Of a DNA stretch of 64,000 nt, positions 34,392 through 46,318 are shown in pieces. Each line of letters starts with the position of its first letter. The first letter of the stretch is position 1. This stretch comes from Mantamonas sphyraenae STR306 (lineage: Eukaryota; Protista; CRuMs): positions 124,001 through 188,000 of the forward strand of contig JAPMXV010000003.1 of the NCBI GenBank assembly GCA_026936335.1, given 5' to 3'. The notes beneath the pieces are model-generated. The model was not told the origin of the DNA. It worked only from the letters and a program-made list of their open reading frames with translations, and searched no databases. The translations under genes and the position numbers were made by a program.

Positions 34392-37300
34392 TCACGACAC
34401 CACACAGGTTGACGACGATGCCTTGTTGTCCTTGCTGTTGCTACTGCTACTGCTACTGCTGCTGCTACTGCTACTGCTGCTGCTGCTGCTGCTGATACCC
34501 GCACCGCGTGTTCCAGTCTGGTAGCTGCTCAGTTCGGCCTTGAGCCTTGCCACCTCTGCCTTCAACTCTTCGTTCTTGCGACGCGATTCGGCCAATTGCG
34601 GATCGTGTTCGCTTTTGAACGCAGGCCTGGGGTCGATCTGACGTGCGAGGCGCTCGCGCAGCTCCATCACCTCGGCCTCCAATTCTGCGTTTGTCAGTTC
34701 CAGCTCATGAATCCTCTCACCCATGCCCGAGCTCCCCGGGCTCGGTGGCAGCTTTAGCATCTTGTTGCGGCCGTGTTTGTAGTGATCCTTCAGCGTCTTG
34801 TTCTGCATCTCCACCTGTGCCTTCAGCTCCCGGTTCTTCCTTTCCAGCTTCTCCATGCGCTCCTGCAAGCGGCCCAGATGGCCCGTCTTTGCTGCGTTTT
34901 TCATCTTGGTCAGCACTAGGTTGCGCTGCATGCGTTTCAAGTTCGTATTGGATTTCCACTGCTCCACCGCCAGCTTCGCCAGCGTCGTCGACAGCGGGTT
35001 GTCCCTCATGCGCGGTGGTTTGGGCACGGCCACCATGCCGTTGTCGTGTCGCAGCATCTTGGACTTGTCATGTGCTGCCATCTCTGCCTCGCGTCCACTG
35101 TGTGCTGTGCGCAGCACCTGCGAGGAAGCCTCCTCGTCGTCGTCCGAAGTCTCTTCGTCCGACATCAACACCATCTCACCAGCCTCGTAGTTCAAGTCAA
35201 AGGCAATGTTTCCTGTGGCCAGGTTGCTGATCAGCTCGTCGTTGACCAAACACGGCAGGGAAACGTCGTAGTCAAACTCCGGATTGGTGGTGCGTTCCTC
35301 GCATGTCTTGGTGTGGTACCGCTTGCCCAGAAACTCAAACGAGACAAAGCAGCCGCGCGACACTTCGGGAGGCAGACCCGTGGCTTTCGTGATCTTGATG
35401 CGCACCTGCGCCATCTTCCCGCGCATCTTGTTCCACGCCTCCAGCACCGCCTCGTCGTCGTCCTCGTAAAAATCCATCTCGTCGTCTTCGTCCTCAAAGG
35501 GCAACTTGATGTCCACGCCCACAAACAGCTGCGAGGCTCCAAAGTCCCCTCCGTACGGAACAATGTGCGTGGCCTGCGTCACTTCCTGGTCTTCGTCACC
35601 GACGTCCTCCAGCTCGTCCCGCTCCGTCATGTTGACCGGAAGCAGGTTGAGAAGGGGCCGCAGGAACGGAGTTGCCTGTCCGTACGACAGGGCACCCAGG
35701 TTCCACTTGGCCATCAACTGCTGGCCCTGTTCCTGTTGCAAGCGTGTCTGCTGCATGCAGGCGTGCAATTCAAAGAAACGGGCCTTGTCGATGAGCATCA
35801 CCGAACCTGTGCTGAGGTTGTGCACCTCCAATACAACCATGCTCTCCACAGAGCCGTCGTTGACCACCACGGCCTTCAGCCGCACGCGCACGTCCAGTTG
35901 CGGCACAATGTTCATATCCTTCATCATCAGGGACACCGCGTGTGTTTGTGTCAGCAGGCTGATGAGCTCGTCCTTCTGTGCCTGCTCCTTGTTCAATGCC
36001 TCTGCGTCTGCCTTGAGCTTTGCCGCCACATCTGCCAGCCGGGCCTTTTCCGCCTCTCGCTTCTCCTCACCCAATGTCTGCAGTTGGGCGCGCATTTGCT
36101 CCAGCTCCTCTTCGCGTGCCTGCAGCGCCGCTTGGTTCTCCTGAAACTTGGCGTCCTCCTCGGCGCTGGGCAACCAACCGCGTGCGCGCAACACCTGCTT
36201 GTTGGCGGTGTCCCAGATGGGTCGCATCTCGTCGGTATCACACTTGAGATCCACGTAAAAGTATGCGTTGAGGCCAAAGCACACGGTCTGGAAGTGTTTC
36301 AACGGCGTGGCTTCCTTCACAAGCTCGCCGTCCACGCGCAGCTCGGCCTTCTCGTCCAGAGGCTGCACCACAACGTTGTTGTCGTTGTCACACGAAAACA
36401 CACAGTGGTTCTTGCGCACCTGGTAGGCGTTGAGGGTGATGTTGCACGAATCGGACGCCCCCAGCGTCGTTTCCGCCCCCTTTTGGATCATGTAGCGCAC
36501 TACACCGTCCTGGTCGTCGTCCTGGGCCAAGTTGACCAGCAAGGGTACATCCGACGTGCCTCCAGACACGTCCAGTCCCCGGTCGCGCATGTCATCCAAC
36601 ACGCGCTGCCTTTGCTCCTCGGCCTTCTTTTTCATCACGTCGGTCAACTCCTCGTCGGTCAGCTCGGCGTACTGCTGCAAGTGCACCATTTGCACCTCGA
36701 GACTTTCCAGTTGGTCGGCACGTGTGGCCAGCTCGTCCTGCAGCTCGCGCATGGCATCGGACGACGATCCATCCTCACTCTCGCGCTCTTGCAGCTCCAG
36801 CAGCTTGGCTTCCAGCTCCTCCTTCTGCTTGCGCAGGATTTCATTGTCCTGGTGCATTTCCAGCAGCCGTTGCTTTGCCGTCATGTTTTCGCCCGTGTCT
36901 TCGCTGACCACCGCGTGTGTTTTGATCTTGCTTGCATTCTGGCAGAAGCGCATGGTGCTTGCCGTCTCGTCGGCGTTGCCCGACGACGGCCCAACACAGC
37001 CAATAAGCGACGTCATGCAGTTGCCCACGAGGGCGTTTTTGAGCACCATGGCCAGCATGGAGTCGCGGAACGGGGGCACGCCCTTTCCGTCGATGATCAC
37101 CTTGATGCAACGGCTCAGCACCGTGAGCGAGTTGTTGATGGCCTTTGCTTCCTCAAACGTTTGTCCCTTGACGCCCGTCTTGCCCACGCGCTCGCTGCCG
37201 GCAAGATCCACAAGGAAGATCTGGCCGTGCTTGCGCGTCTCTCCTGGGGCCTTGCGTTCGATGTCGAGAACGAGGATGGAGTGGGAGCGAGACGACGAAG

Positions 37301-38506
37301 CGTTCATGCCAGTGGAGTTTGTGGTGCGTGCCAGGGAGCCGACCTTGAACAGCTCATACATGGTGTCGAGGTTGGACGCCGGGTAGCGGCACTCGGCCTC
37401 GTGGGCGTACTTCTTCTTGTTCTTGACACCGCGGTTGACAAACTTTGTCTTTTTGTGTTTGTCTTCCGTCACACGGATCTGTGAGGCGAGGCGGCGGACG
37501 CCGAGTGAGTCGGGGGCCGGTAGAGGGAACAGGATGCGAGCAAGCCTGCGTTTTTCCGCGACCCACACGCACGTGCGCAACATACGTTCATGTTCTCCAC
37601 GGAACAGGCCTTGCGTGAGGAAAGCAAATCGACAATGCGTTCGTTGTAGATTTCCAGGTAGCTCATGTTGATCTGCATCTGCACGCCCTCGCGTTGCATC
37701 TCTTCGTCGAGCGAGCCAAAGATGCGCGGTACAATGCCCCAGTGCTTGCGCACCTCTTCGTCAGACAGGCCCTCCGCCTCCACCTGTGTAGGAGAGGGAA
37801 CAGTCAAGGGGTCAAATATGCCGAGTACGTCACCCGGGGTGTCAGTCAATCAGGAGGGCGGTTTGGGAAGTGTCGATCACCAGCGACCCTGAGCGTTCGT
37901 CGTTTCGGGTGTGCTTGTCACTCAACGTACGTCTTTAAAGTCTTTGCCGGTCATGGTGTACGTTTTGCCACTTCCCGTCTGTCCGTAGGCAAACAGACAG
38001 GTGTTCAGGCCTGGCGATGAGGGGGAACAAGTGGGGTGTGAGCCAGAAGTCATGTTGCAAGCAAACGGCTACCACGCAGAAAAACCTAGGCACCCAGCAC
38101 GGGCAGGGCTTCACTGTCGGCGCTGCTCACCTGAGTAGGCACCCTCCACGAGGGGCTTGCCCATCTTCTGGTAGACAATCTCCTGGTCGGCCCACTTGGG
38201 GTGGTTCCAGCCAGGCTCGCCGTCGGCTGTGGTGAGATGCGTCCACAACGCGTGGGTAACCGAAAACTGCGTGCCTCGGCCAGGACCTTCGCGGTCGACC
38301 TGCACGATGTCACCGTCACCGTCTTCCTTGTCGTACATCTGCACACACATGTAGTACTTGCCGTCGTCATACTGCTCCAGGGAAGCAGCGTGCGACTTTT
38401 TCTGGTACAGATCCCTCTCGGCTGCCGACGCATTTGGCCCGGGGGGTTTGGGCATCTTTTTCGACGGCCGTACACGTACGCCAATGCGAATGGATTGCGT
38501 GGGCAT
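34392..38506 (-). CDS. Kinesin-3-like motor with FHA, C2-like domain, coiled coil and CaaX tail
   Basis: [34 protein letters not shown]; PLLVNL...HCVF (FHA); KATGLP...TTNPEFDY (C2); ends CVVS; three introns. Confidence 0.88.
34434..34495. repeat. (AGC/AGT)n coding trinucleotide repeat (poly-Ser)
   Basis: In the kinesin tail; similar tracts at ~40941-40972 and ~45610-45660. (CA)n tracts occur in introns at ~15930, 23446, 30581 and 59535. Confidence 0.9.
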
Positions 38507-38590
38507 TGGGACTGTGCGTGTGTGTGTGTGTGGGGGGGGGAATTGAACGCGCGGGCGCAGCTCCAAGCCAATCACCGCAACACATCCAGC

Positions 38591-39725
38591 ATGAGCAGAC
38601 GCACCGGCTTCCAGGTGCCTTCCAAGCAACGAAGACAACGCGCTGTAGGCGACCTGATTACAGAGAACGACAAGTGAGTCGGCGGGGATGGACGCGTTTG
38701 GGCTGGAATTCTCGTTGTTGACACGACGACCCCGCAGGAAACTCTACACTGAGGATGAGAACTTGTTCAAGCCAATCGCCAAACCAAAGTCAGGGGATTG
38801 GCTGCACAGCCACAAGGAAAGCGCGCAAACATTCCATCAGTACTCGGGCTCGCAGCGCGCAGGGCCGTGGAAGCGGGCAGACACCATTGCCCTCTACGTC
38901 ATTGGAGAGTTTGAAGAGGGCAAGAGTCCGGCAATGGAAGACCTTCAGAGCTACTGCAGCGCGTTCTTTGGTCTGAAGGTGCGTGTGGAGCAGGAGATCG
39001 GGCTGGATTCCATTGAACGGTGCAACATCAACTCGCGGATCGACGACAGTGGCAATCTGCAGCTGGACGGCGCGAGCATTCTGGAGCACTTGGACACGTT
39101 GAAGCCTGAGAATTGCTTCTGCAAAGTGGCAGTGACTTGTGTGGACATCTGGCCGGGCAGAGACGGGTGGAACTTTGTGTTTGGCCTTGCATCGCCAGAT
39201 GCATTGTGTGGTGTGTTCTCGTTTGCTCGTTACAACCCACACTTCTTTTCAGGAGACATGGACGAGCAACTGAGTGCCGAAGAGCTGTCTCTGATGCTGC
39301 TGCGGTCGGTCAAGGTGCTTGGCCACGAACTGCTCCACATATACGGCATCAAACACTGTTGCTACTTCAACTGTTTGATGCAAGGAAGCAACCACTTGGA
39401 CGAGAGCGACAGCAAGCCGGTCCATCTCTGTCCCATGTGTCTGCGAAAGCTGATGTTCTCAAGCACGAGCATCGAACTTGACCCGCTCGCTCGCTACGCG
39501 GCTCTGCAGACATGGTTTGCAGAACATGGCTTCGAAGAGGAAGCAAACTGGTACGGGAGTCGCATTGAGAGCATCGGGACGCTGGACCCGCCAAAGCCGA
39601 GGAAAAGTAGCAGCAGCAACAGCAGCAGCAGCAGCGGTAGCAGCAGAAGCAGGCCATGGAGGCAGAAGACGAGCAAGAAGAAGAAAAAGAGCAACAGCTC
39701 GTCAAAGGACTCGTCGAGTGATTGA
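38591..39725 (+). CDS. AMZ2: Archaemetzincin (peptidase M54)
   Basis: GDWL..HKE, WNFVFG, HELLHIYGIKHC, CLMQGSNH, LCPMCLRKL; intron ~38674-38738. Confidence 0.88.
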
Positions 39726-39783
39726 CAATGATTGATTGTGACACATGATCCTGACCAACCAACGGAAAAGCGCGTTTGTGGCG

Positions 39784-40938
39784 ATGAAGGTGTCGGTGCA
39801 GCTGGGAGAGGAACGTATAAAGCTCATTTGTATGTAGTGTGGCATTGGGGGACCGAGTGTGGAGGGCAGTGAGAAGGGTGTGGGCGGCTGTTGACACGCG
39901 GGAGAACGGGGTCCACCAACCACAGGCAAACAAGACGCCACTGCGGCCGAGGTGATAGAGAAGGCTGTGAAGTACATGGCACGTCGCAACGTGCAGGTGT
40001 CGATTGGGGCCCTTGCCACGAGCGAGTCTGACGGGAGAGAGCGGCTGGAGCCCGACGAGTCTGTGCACGGAGCGACCGAACTGGTGGCTGTGGATTTCAG
40101 CATGGACGACGGCAGTGAGCAGGAAGAGACTCGACCACGCACAAACTCCATGGCTCGACGTCGCACATCGTCAGTACGGATTTCCTCGGACAATGGTGAG
40201 TTGGAGGTTGCAGCAGGAGATACGCGCAGCTTGGGTGGGCTAAGGTTGCGATTCGCGTTTGTCCATTCTCTGACACGCGGTGCACTGTGGACGTGTGGCT
40301 TTGACGGCGGACGACAGCACTCCGACCAAGCCTGGGCGGACGCAGGGTTTCCATGATCGACCAGCAGGCAATGCCGTTTGATTTGACAGAGGTGCATTCG
40401 GAGGGCTTGGGCTCGGGGGGCATCGACACCGCCAGCGTCGGACTGGCCCTGCAGCTGCAAGAGGACGAGGACAGCGGCAAGACAACCAATGCTCTTGGGG
40501 GAAACACACAAACAGGAACTTCAGCACCGCTGGCAGTGGACAAAGAGACGCTGAAACTGCTGGAGGACGGCTACAAGTGGAAGCGCGGCTCGTTGCGACT
40601 GAGGCGCTTCCTGAAGGACTACAAGCACAACGAAGCGGCCGAAATGCAGCTTGTGTGGTAAGCGACGGGTGTTTCCAAGAGAGAGGGGTGTGTGGGGCGA
40701 GGAGTTGAGCGTGTTTGGGTGGGTTGTGGACTGACAACTGAGGGTTGTTTGCAGCGCCATGGAATTGGCTCAGCTGCTGAGCTCGTTTCGGCAGGACGCA
40801 CGCACGCTGGCGGAACTGATCATCAATGAGTTGGGTGCAGAGGGAACGAGGAGACGTGTGCCGCCGTTGGAAGGCACGCAGAACGAATATGTGGCGTGCG
40901 GACTGCACTTTGTCCTTGCCGAAGAACCCGAGATTGTC

Positions 40939-40973
<35 letters not shown>

Positions 40974-43900
40974 CCTGTTGTCTGCACAGAATGTGAACAA
41001 AAAGGACGAAAGTGAACACCTGCACTTTGTGGGACATGCACGCGGTGGATATGCAGCACGGGTTGTGAAGCCGATGAAACTGAGCAACTCTGTGGACAGC
41101 AGTACAAGCGATGACGACGACGAACTGGAGCTGGTGAAACCGGTGCGGAGAACACCGAACAAGCTGAGTGCAAAAGAGCTGCTGCACGAGTACCAGGCAC
41201 GGCAGGCGGTGCTGGACGCAGGGGTATCGGGCGTGTCGGCACCCTTCTGTTGTCTGGTGGACTATGGGGGCCATCGTGTGCTTGTGCAGCTGTTGTCGCA
41301 ACACAACAAGCATACACGCTACTCTCTGTTGGTCGGCTCGTCGCACGCGTCTCTGAGTGCCGAACAGCGGCGGCCGCTGCACACCATGATGGAACGGTTG
41401 AACCTGAGCGATTTTGCAAAACCAAACACACACACGGCGCATGAGGACACGCGTGCGCACAGCAAAGTGAGCAACTACGTGGTGCCTCGGTTTGGTGTGA
41501 ACCCACCGCATGCTTTGGAGACGATGCGCGTGTTGTTGCAAAGCGATGAAGGCGGCCGGCGCAATTCCATGGCTGTGTCGTCGTCGAGTGCCAACGCAGC
41601 TGCCGAAGCGGTGGCGGACATGGAATTGTTTGGGTTGGTGAAGCTGATGCCGCGTGTGCTGCTGCCTCTGCCGCACGACGCCACCGAGCAAAGGACACGG
41701 CCGTGTGCCAGGCAGGAGTTTCTGCACCAGGCGACTGGTGCCATGCCCAGTGAGGCGTGGACGGCATACACAGGCAAGGAGGCAGCCATGCTGAGCACCA
41801 GCGATGTGCTGGTGGACATGAGCAAGCGACTGGAGTCCCACGTGTTGCCCACCCTGTGTGCAGAGTTGGACGTCCAGTACGCAGCCATCTGGGAGTACTG
41901 TGGGGAGACGGTCTTTGCATCATTGACACACGTGGATGATGGCCACGCTGAACGGGTGGCAGAACGGACGGGCCGGCCTGCGCACACCTGCTTTGCGCTC
42001 ACGGTCAACCAGCTGTTAGGCTCTGTCACCTCGCGCTTCCATCGCTGCGGCATCAATCTGCGCTACCTTTCATTGGCTGTGGATATGCTGCAAGCCGATT
42101 ACCTGCGTGCGGCGGTGGCCAGCGAGTGTGCAGCGCGTGCTCTTCGCCACAGCATGCGTGCGCACTGGCGACGTGGCGATGCGGCGGCATGGACGCCCGA
42201 AAACACACTATGCACCCTGCTAGAGTGGGTTTGCAGTGACGTGCACAGTTTGGGCTTGCGTGTGCAGGCGCACAATGCACACGCAGACGTGCAGGCTGTC
42301 GTAGGCTCGCTTCGACGCGACTGGCTCTTTGTGCGCACGTGTGCATTGCTGGGCTTGCACGTGGCCAACATCCATGTGCTTGCTGAGCAGTTGCATGGAA
42401 ACGACACAGTTGACGTGGCCACCGAGTGGTCGGCAACGGTGGCTGGAATGGCAACCGGCTTGCGACTGAGCAGCCGCGCCAAACACACAGACCTGCCTCA
42501 GGCTCACATTGAAAACGTGTTGGTGGAGTCCGTGCAGCGTGAGCTGTCCATCGACGCACAGATCTTTAGCAGTGCCAAGGAGTACTTTGATGCCGCGTTG
42601 GCGCAGGCCGAGGATTCGGACGTGGACAATGACCAACTGCGGCTGTTGTTGCGTGCCGCTGTGGTATACCAAGCACACGCCAAGAGTTATGTGGCGCAAG
42701 GTTCGCTGGGCATGGCCGAGGCCAAGCTGGCTCGATGTGTGGAGATGTTGCAGCGTGCGCGACGCTGCAACCCGCTCTTCACCGACGTGGTGCTCGTGTA
42801 CTCCAGCTCGTTGAGTCTCATGGCCAAGCTTGTGCCCACCGACGACCCGCTGCACCGCAAGCACATGCGTATGGCGGCGCAGCTGTATCAGTTTGCGGCC
42901 GACTGCTTGCATGTGCCCGATTCCATCAACATCCACCTCACCCTGGCGCGCTGCCAACTCGATGTCGCTCTTTGTGTACACCCGCATCTGGCTGTGCTTT
43001 CTCAGGAACCGGGCACAGACATCCAAACGCGTGGCACGGCTTCTGAACAGGCATCCTCGGCATCCATATCGTCGTCGTCGTCGTCGTTGACGGGCGCCCA
43101 TGACACGGCCCCGTCCTCAGACGCCAGCACAGGCACCAAATCTGCTGTGCTGGGCAACCCGAGTGTGGATGGGGTGCCTTTGCGCCGATTGTCCAGCAGT
43201 ATCAGCGAACACATGCCTGGGGTCAACAGCGACGAAGCAACCGAAACAGCGGCGTTGTTGAACAGCGCGTGCAATCATTTTGAGCTTGCAATGCAGGTTG
43301 CACCGCGTCATGAGCACCTGGAAATCACATTGGGCTGGGCAGAGGCCCTGCATTATGCTGCGTTGACATGCACCGACGTGGCGGGGCAGTACTTGCCTGC
43401 GCTTGTGCTCTGCTTTGGCAAACACTGCGATGGACTCAAGCTGGGGACGCGCGACGTGCAGCAGCTGCATGCGTCGTGGGCACACAAGTGCAACGTGCAC
43501 CGCTCCTGGATCATGCACTCGAGCGTGATGCGCACCCTCACCACGCGCCAACAGACCATTCTGCTCACGTTTGTCAACAATGTGGCGCTTGTGTCCAACA
43601 CAGACATGTACAGGAGTCTGTCGCACACATTTGGCGCTGGCAAGCGACGTGCTCCGGCCAGCAGGCGTATGCAGGGCTTGCTGCAGCGCACGACGTCATC
43701 CGAGAGCATTCGCAGCAAGAGGACGACGCATGATGACACACGCACAGGGGCAGGGTCATCAAGTGGCCACGCGGGCGGTGTGGTGGATGCAAGGGGCGAC
43801 GGCAAAGCAGGTGGAAGCGCCGGCGGGACTGGTGGGGGCGCAAGGCACACACTTGTGCCTGGATCACTGCCCACACGTGCGGTGGACATTGCGTTTCTGT

Positions 43901-45622
43901 TTGCAGAGCCGCTTGTGCAAATCCCAAAGAAGAGCAGTAGCCAGGGCGAGCTCATCCAGCTGCCGTTTGTGGACATGGTGGCACGTGACAAGCGGATCAT
44001 TCGTGGCCTGCACGCATCTGGCCTAGAGGTCGCTGTGGCCCAGACGCACGCCACACGCAGTGCACTGGGCACGGTGTTGGGCACGGGCATGTGCACGGTG
44101 GCCCATTACTCCGGGTACGGGTTTGCGACAAGCAAAAAGTCGATGCTGGTGTTGGAGGACGATCATGCTGCGCACGCAGATATGGTCAAGGGAGTCCAGG
44201 CGGTGTCTGAACTGTTGCAAGATGGCAAAGGCAACACGCCCCTCAAGGTGGCTGTGGTGACGTGCAACGAATCGTTGCAAACGGCGTCGCTGTTTGTGCA
44301 AGCCGGTGTGGGCCATGTGGTTGCCCTGCGCGAGGACTTGCAAGGAGTGCGCTTCGAGGAGCCGATGGTGGCGTTTTCGACGCAGTTGCTGAACAAACTG
44401 GTGCTGGGCCACACGGTGGCGCGCGCATTCGCCGAAGCGGTGGAGGCCGCTGTGGAGGCGTGTCCGGACGAATGGCACGGAGAACAGGTGCAAGAAGTGC
44501 GTGAGGCGTTTGTGCTGCTGCCCAGTGGGGACACGCACCATGAAGTGGTGTTTGACCTTCACGCCACGGGACGCGTGCACGAACACTGCGGCTTGGTGCC
44601 CGAGCGCATACACACCATGCCCAAGGGCTTTTGCAGCCGCAACGTGTCCCTGTACAAACTGGTGGACGCGGTGAGGCATCACAGGTGGACGCTGCTGAGT
44701 GGAGACGAGGGCATGGGCAAGACGGCCCTCAGCAGGGTGTGCTGCCACCACATGTACAACCGTCGCTACTTTCCCGGCGGCATCTTTCAGGTGGACGTGC
44801 ACGGGGTCAACAACATGGCGGATCTGTGGTTCACTCTCAGCCGAGGGTTGAATCTCAGCATGACCGTGGACAGTCACCAACAGCTGTACGAGCTGTGTGA
44901 CACGATCAAGGAGCCCATGCTGATTGTTCTGGACGGCTGCGACGCACTGGTCACACGATACGAGAAGCGAACAAACACAGGGTCCGATGGAGCAGGTGTG
45001 GCAGGCATGGGCAGCGGGGGTGGCTCTGGAGAGGGCGCCGGAATGGTGGGTGGCGGCTGGCGGACGGCAAACAGTGGAGGCAACGCGTTGCAAGGGGATG
45101 CGCTGAGTGGGTCGATGGAGCACTCGGGTGTGAGTGTGGATGCGACAGGCAGCCATCTGTTCCGCTTTGTGAGCGAGCTGCTGGACGAGAGCCTGAACGT
45201 GCGCGTGATGATGATGTCGCGTGAGCGATACCACGCACCGGCGGCTCAGGCGGCCTGGAGCGCCACAGGGGTACACGTAACACCATTGGATTCCATCGAG
45301 GCAGCAGAGATGTTTTACGTGCACTGTGACACGGCGGAGGATGGCAGCGCAAAGATCAAGAGCAGCGAGGTGACGGGCGGGATGCAGGACCACGAGGTTG
45401 TGGACACGGGCATGTACGTGCGTCTGTTGGCCCAGCACCCGCTTTTTGAGTACCTCGACGGCGTGCCTGGACGGATCATCGACGCGGTGGAGATGTACAA
45501 TGCGACAGCAGACGGGCAAAAGAGCTTGAGCGAGCTGGTGGCACGGATGAAACGCCAGGACAAGGAGAAACAGAGGAGTGGAACAGAAAACGGCAGCAGT
45601 GGGGCAAGCAACAGCAGCAACA

Positions 45623-45660
<38 letters not shown>

Positions 45661-46263
45661 GGCGTTGGTGGTGCAGGCTCAATGGGTGGAAAGGCCGGGG
45701 GTGGTGACGCAGAGTTTGGCGACGCCCAGGCAGCGGACATGTGGCAGAGAATGTTTGGTGGCGTGGATGAGGTGCGCTGGGTGGACTTTCGACGCGAGTA
45801 TCTGCAGGGGATGTGGCGAGTGTCTGAAGAGGACTGCTCGCAGCTGCGGGATCTGTTTCTGGATCGCAAGCGGACGTCGCTGGTGGTGACAAAGCGCAGC
45901 ATGAACCTGTTTCTGAAGCTGTTTGGGCCGTACGACGGTTGCATGGAGCGTGCTTTGGACGTGTTGACGCTGGACAGTTTCCACGGCTACCTGACGCGTC
46001 CGCGTGTGGTGCAGCTGTTTCAGGACGCAGAACCGGGCACATTCCTCATCCGCCTGAGTGACAACTATCCTGCGTCCTTCATCTTTTCCATGGTGTGCAG
46101 CAACGGCCTTGGTCAGCGCACCATGGTCAACGAGCCGATCAGCCGGCTGGACGGAAGCACAGATGTGGTCAATTCGCAGAACGAGCAGTTCTCAGGGTTG
46201 ATGGGAGCCATTCAGGCGTACTACAACAGTGGATTGTTCAAACAGGGGGTAGTGGCAAGATAG
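39784..46263 (+). CDS. Large multidomain protein: ubiquitin-like, Clu, helical repeats, CHAT-like, STAND P-loop NTPase, SH2
   Basis: Three short 5' exons join the 1834-aa ORF; PFCCLVDYGGHRV and FHRCGINLRYL (Clu); HYSGYG and AGVGHVVA (CHAT); GDEGMGKT and LIVLDGCD; FHGYL...PGTFLIRLS (SH2). Confidence 0.78.
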
Positions 46264-46318
46264 GGAAGGGCATTTGGGTGCGTGTGCCAAGTCAATCAAA
46301 AAAAAGCCTTTGTGCACG

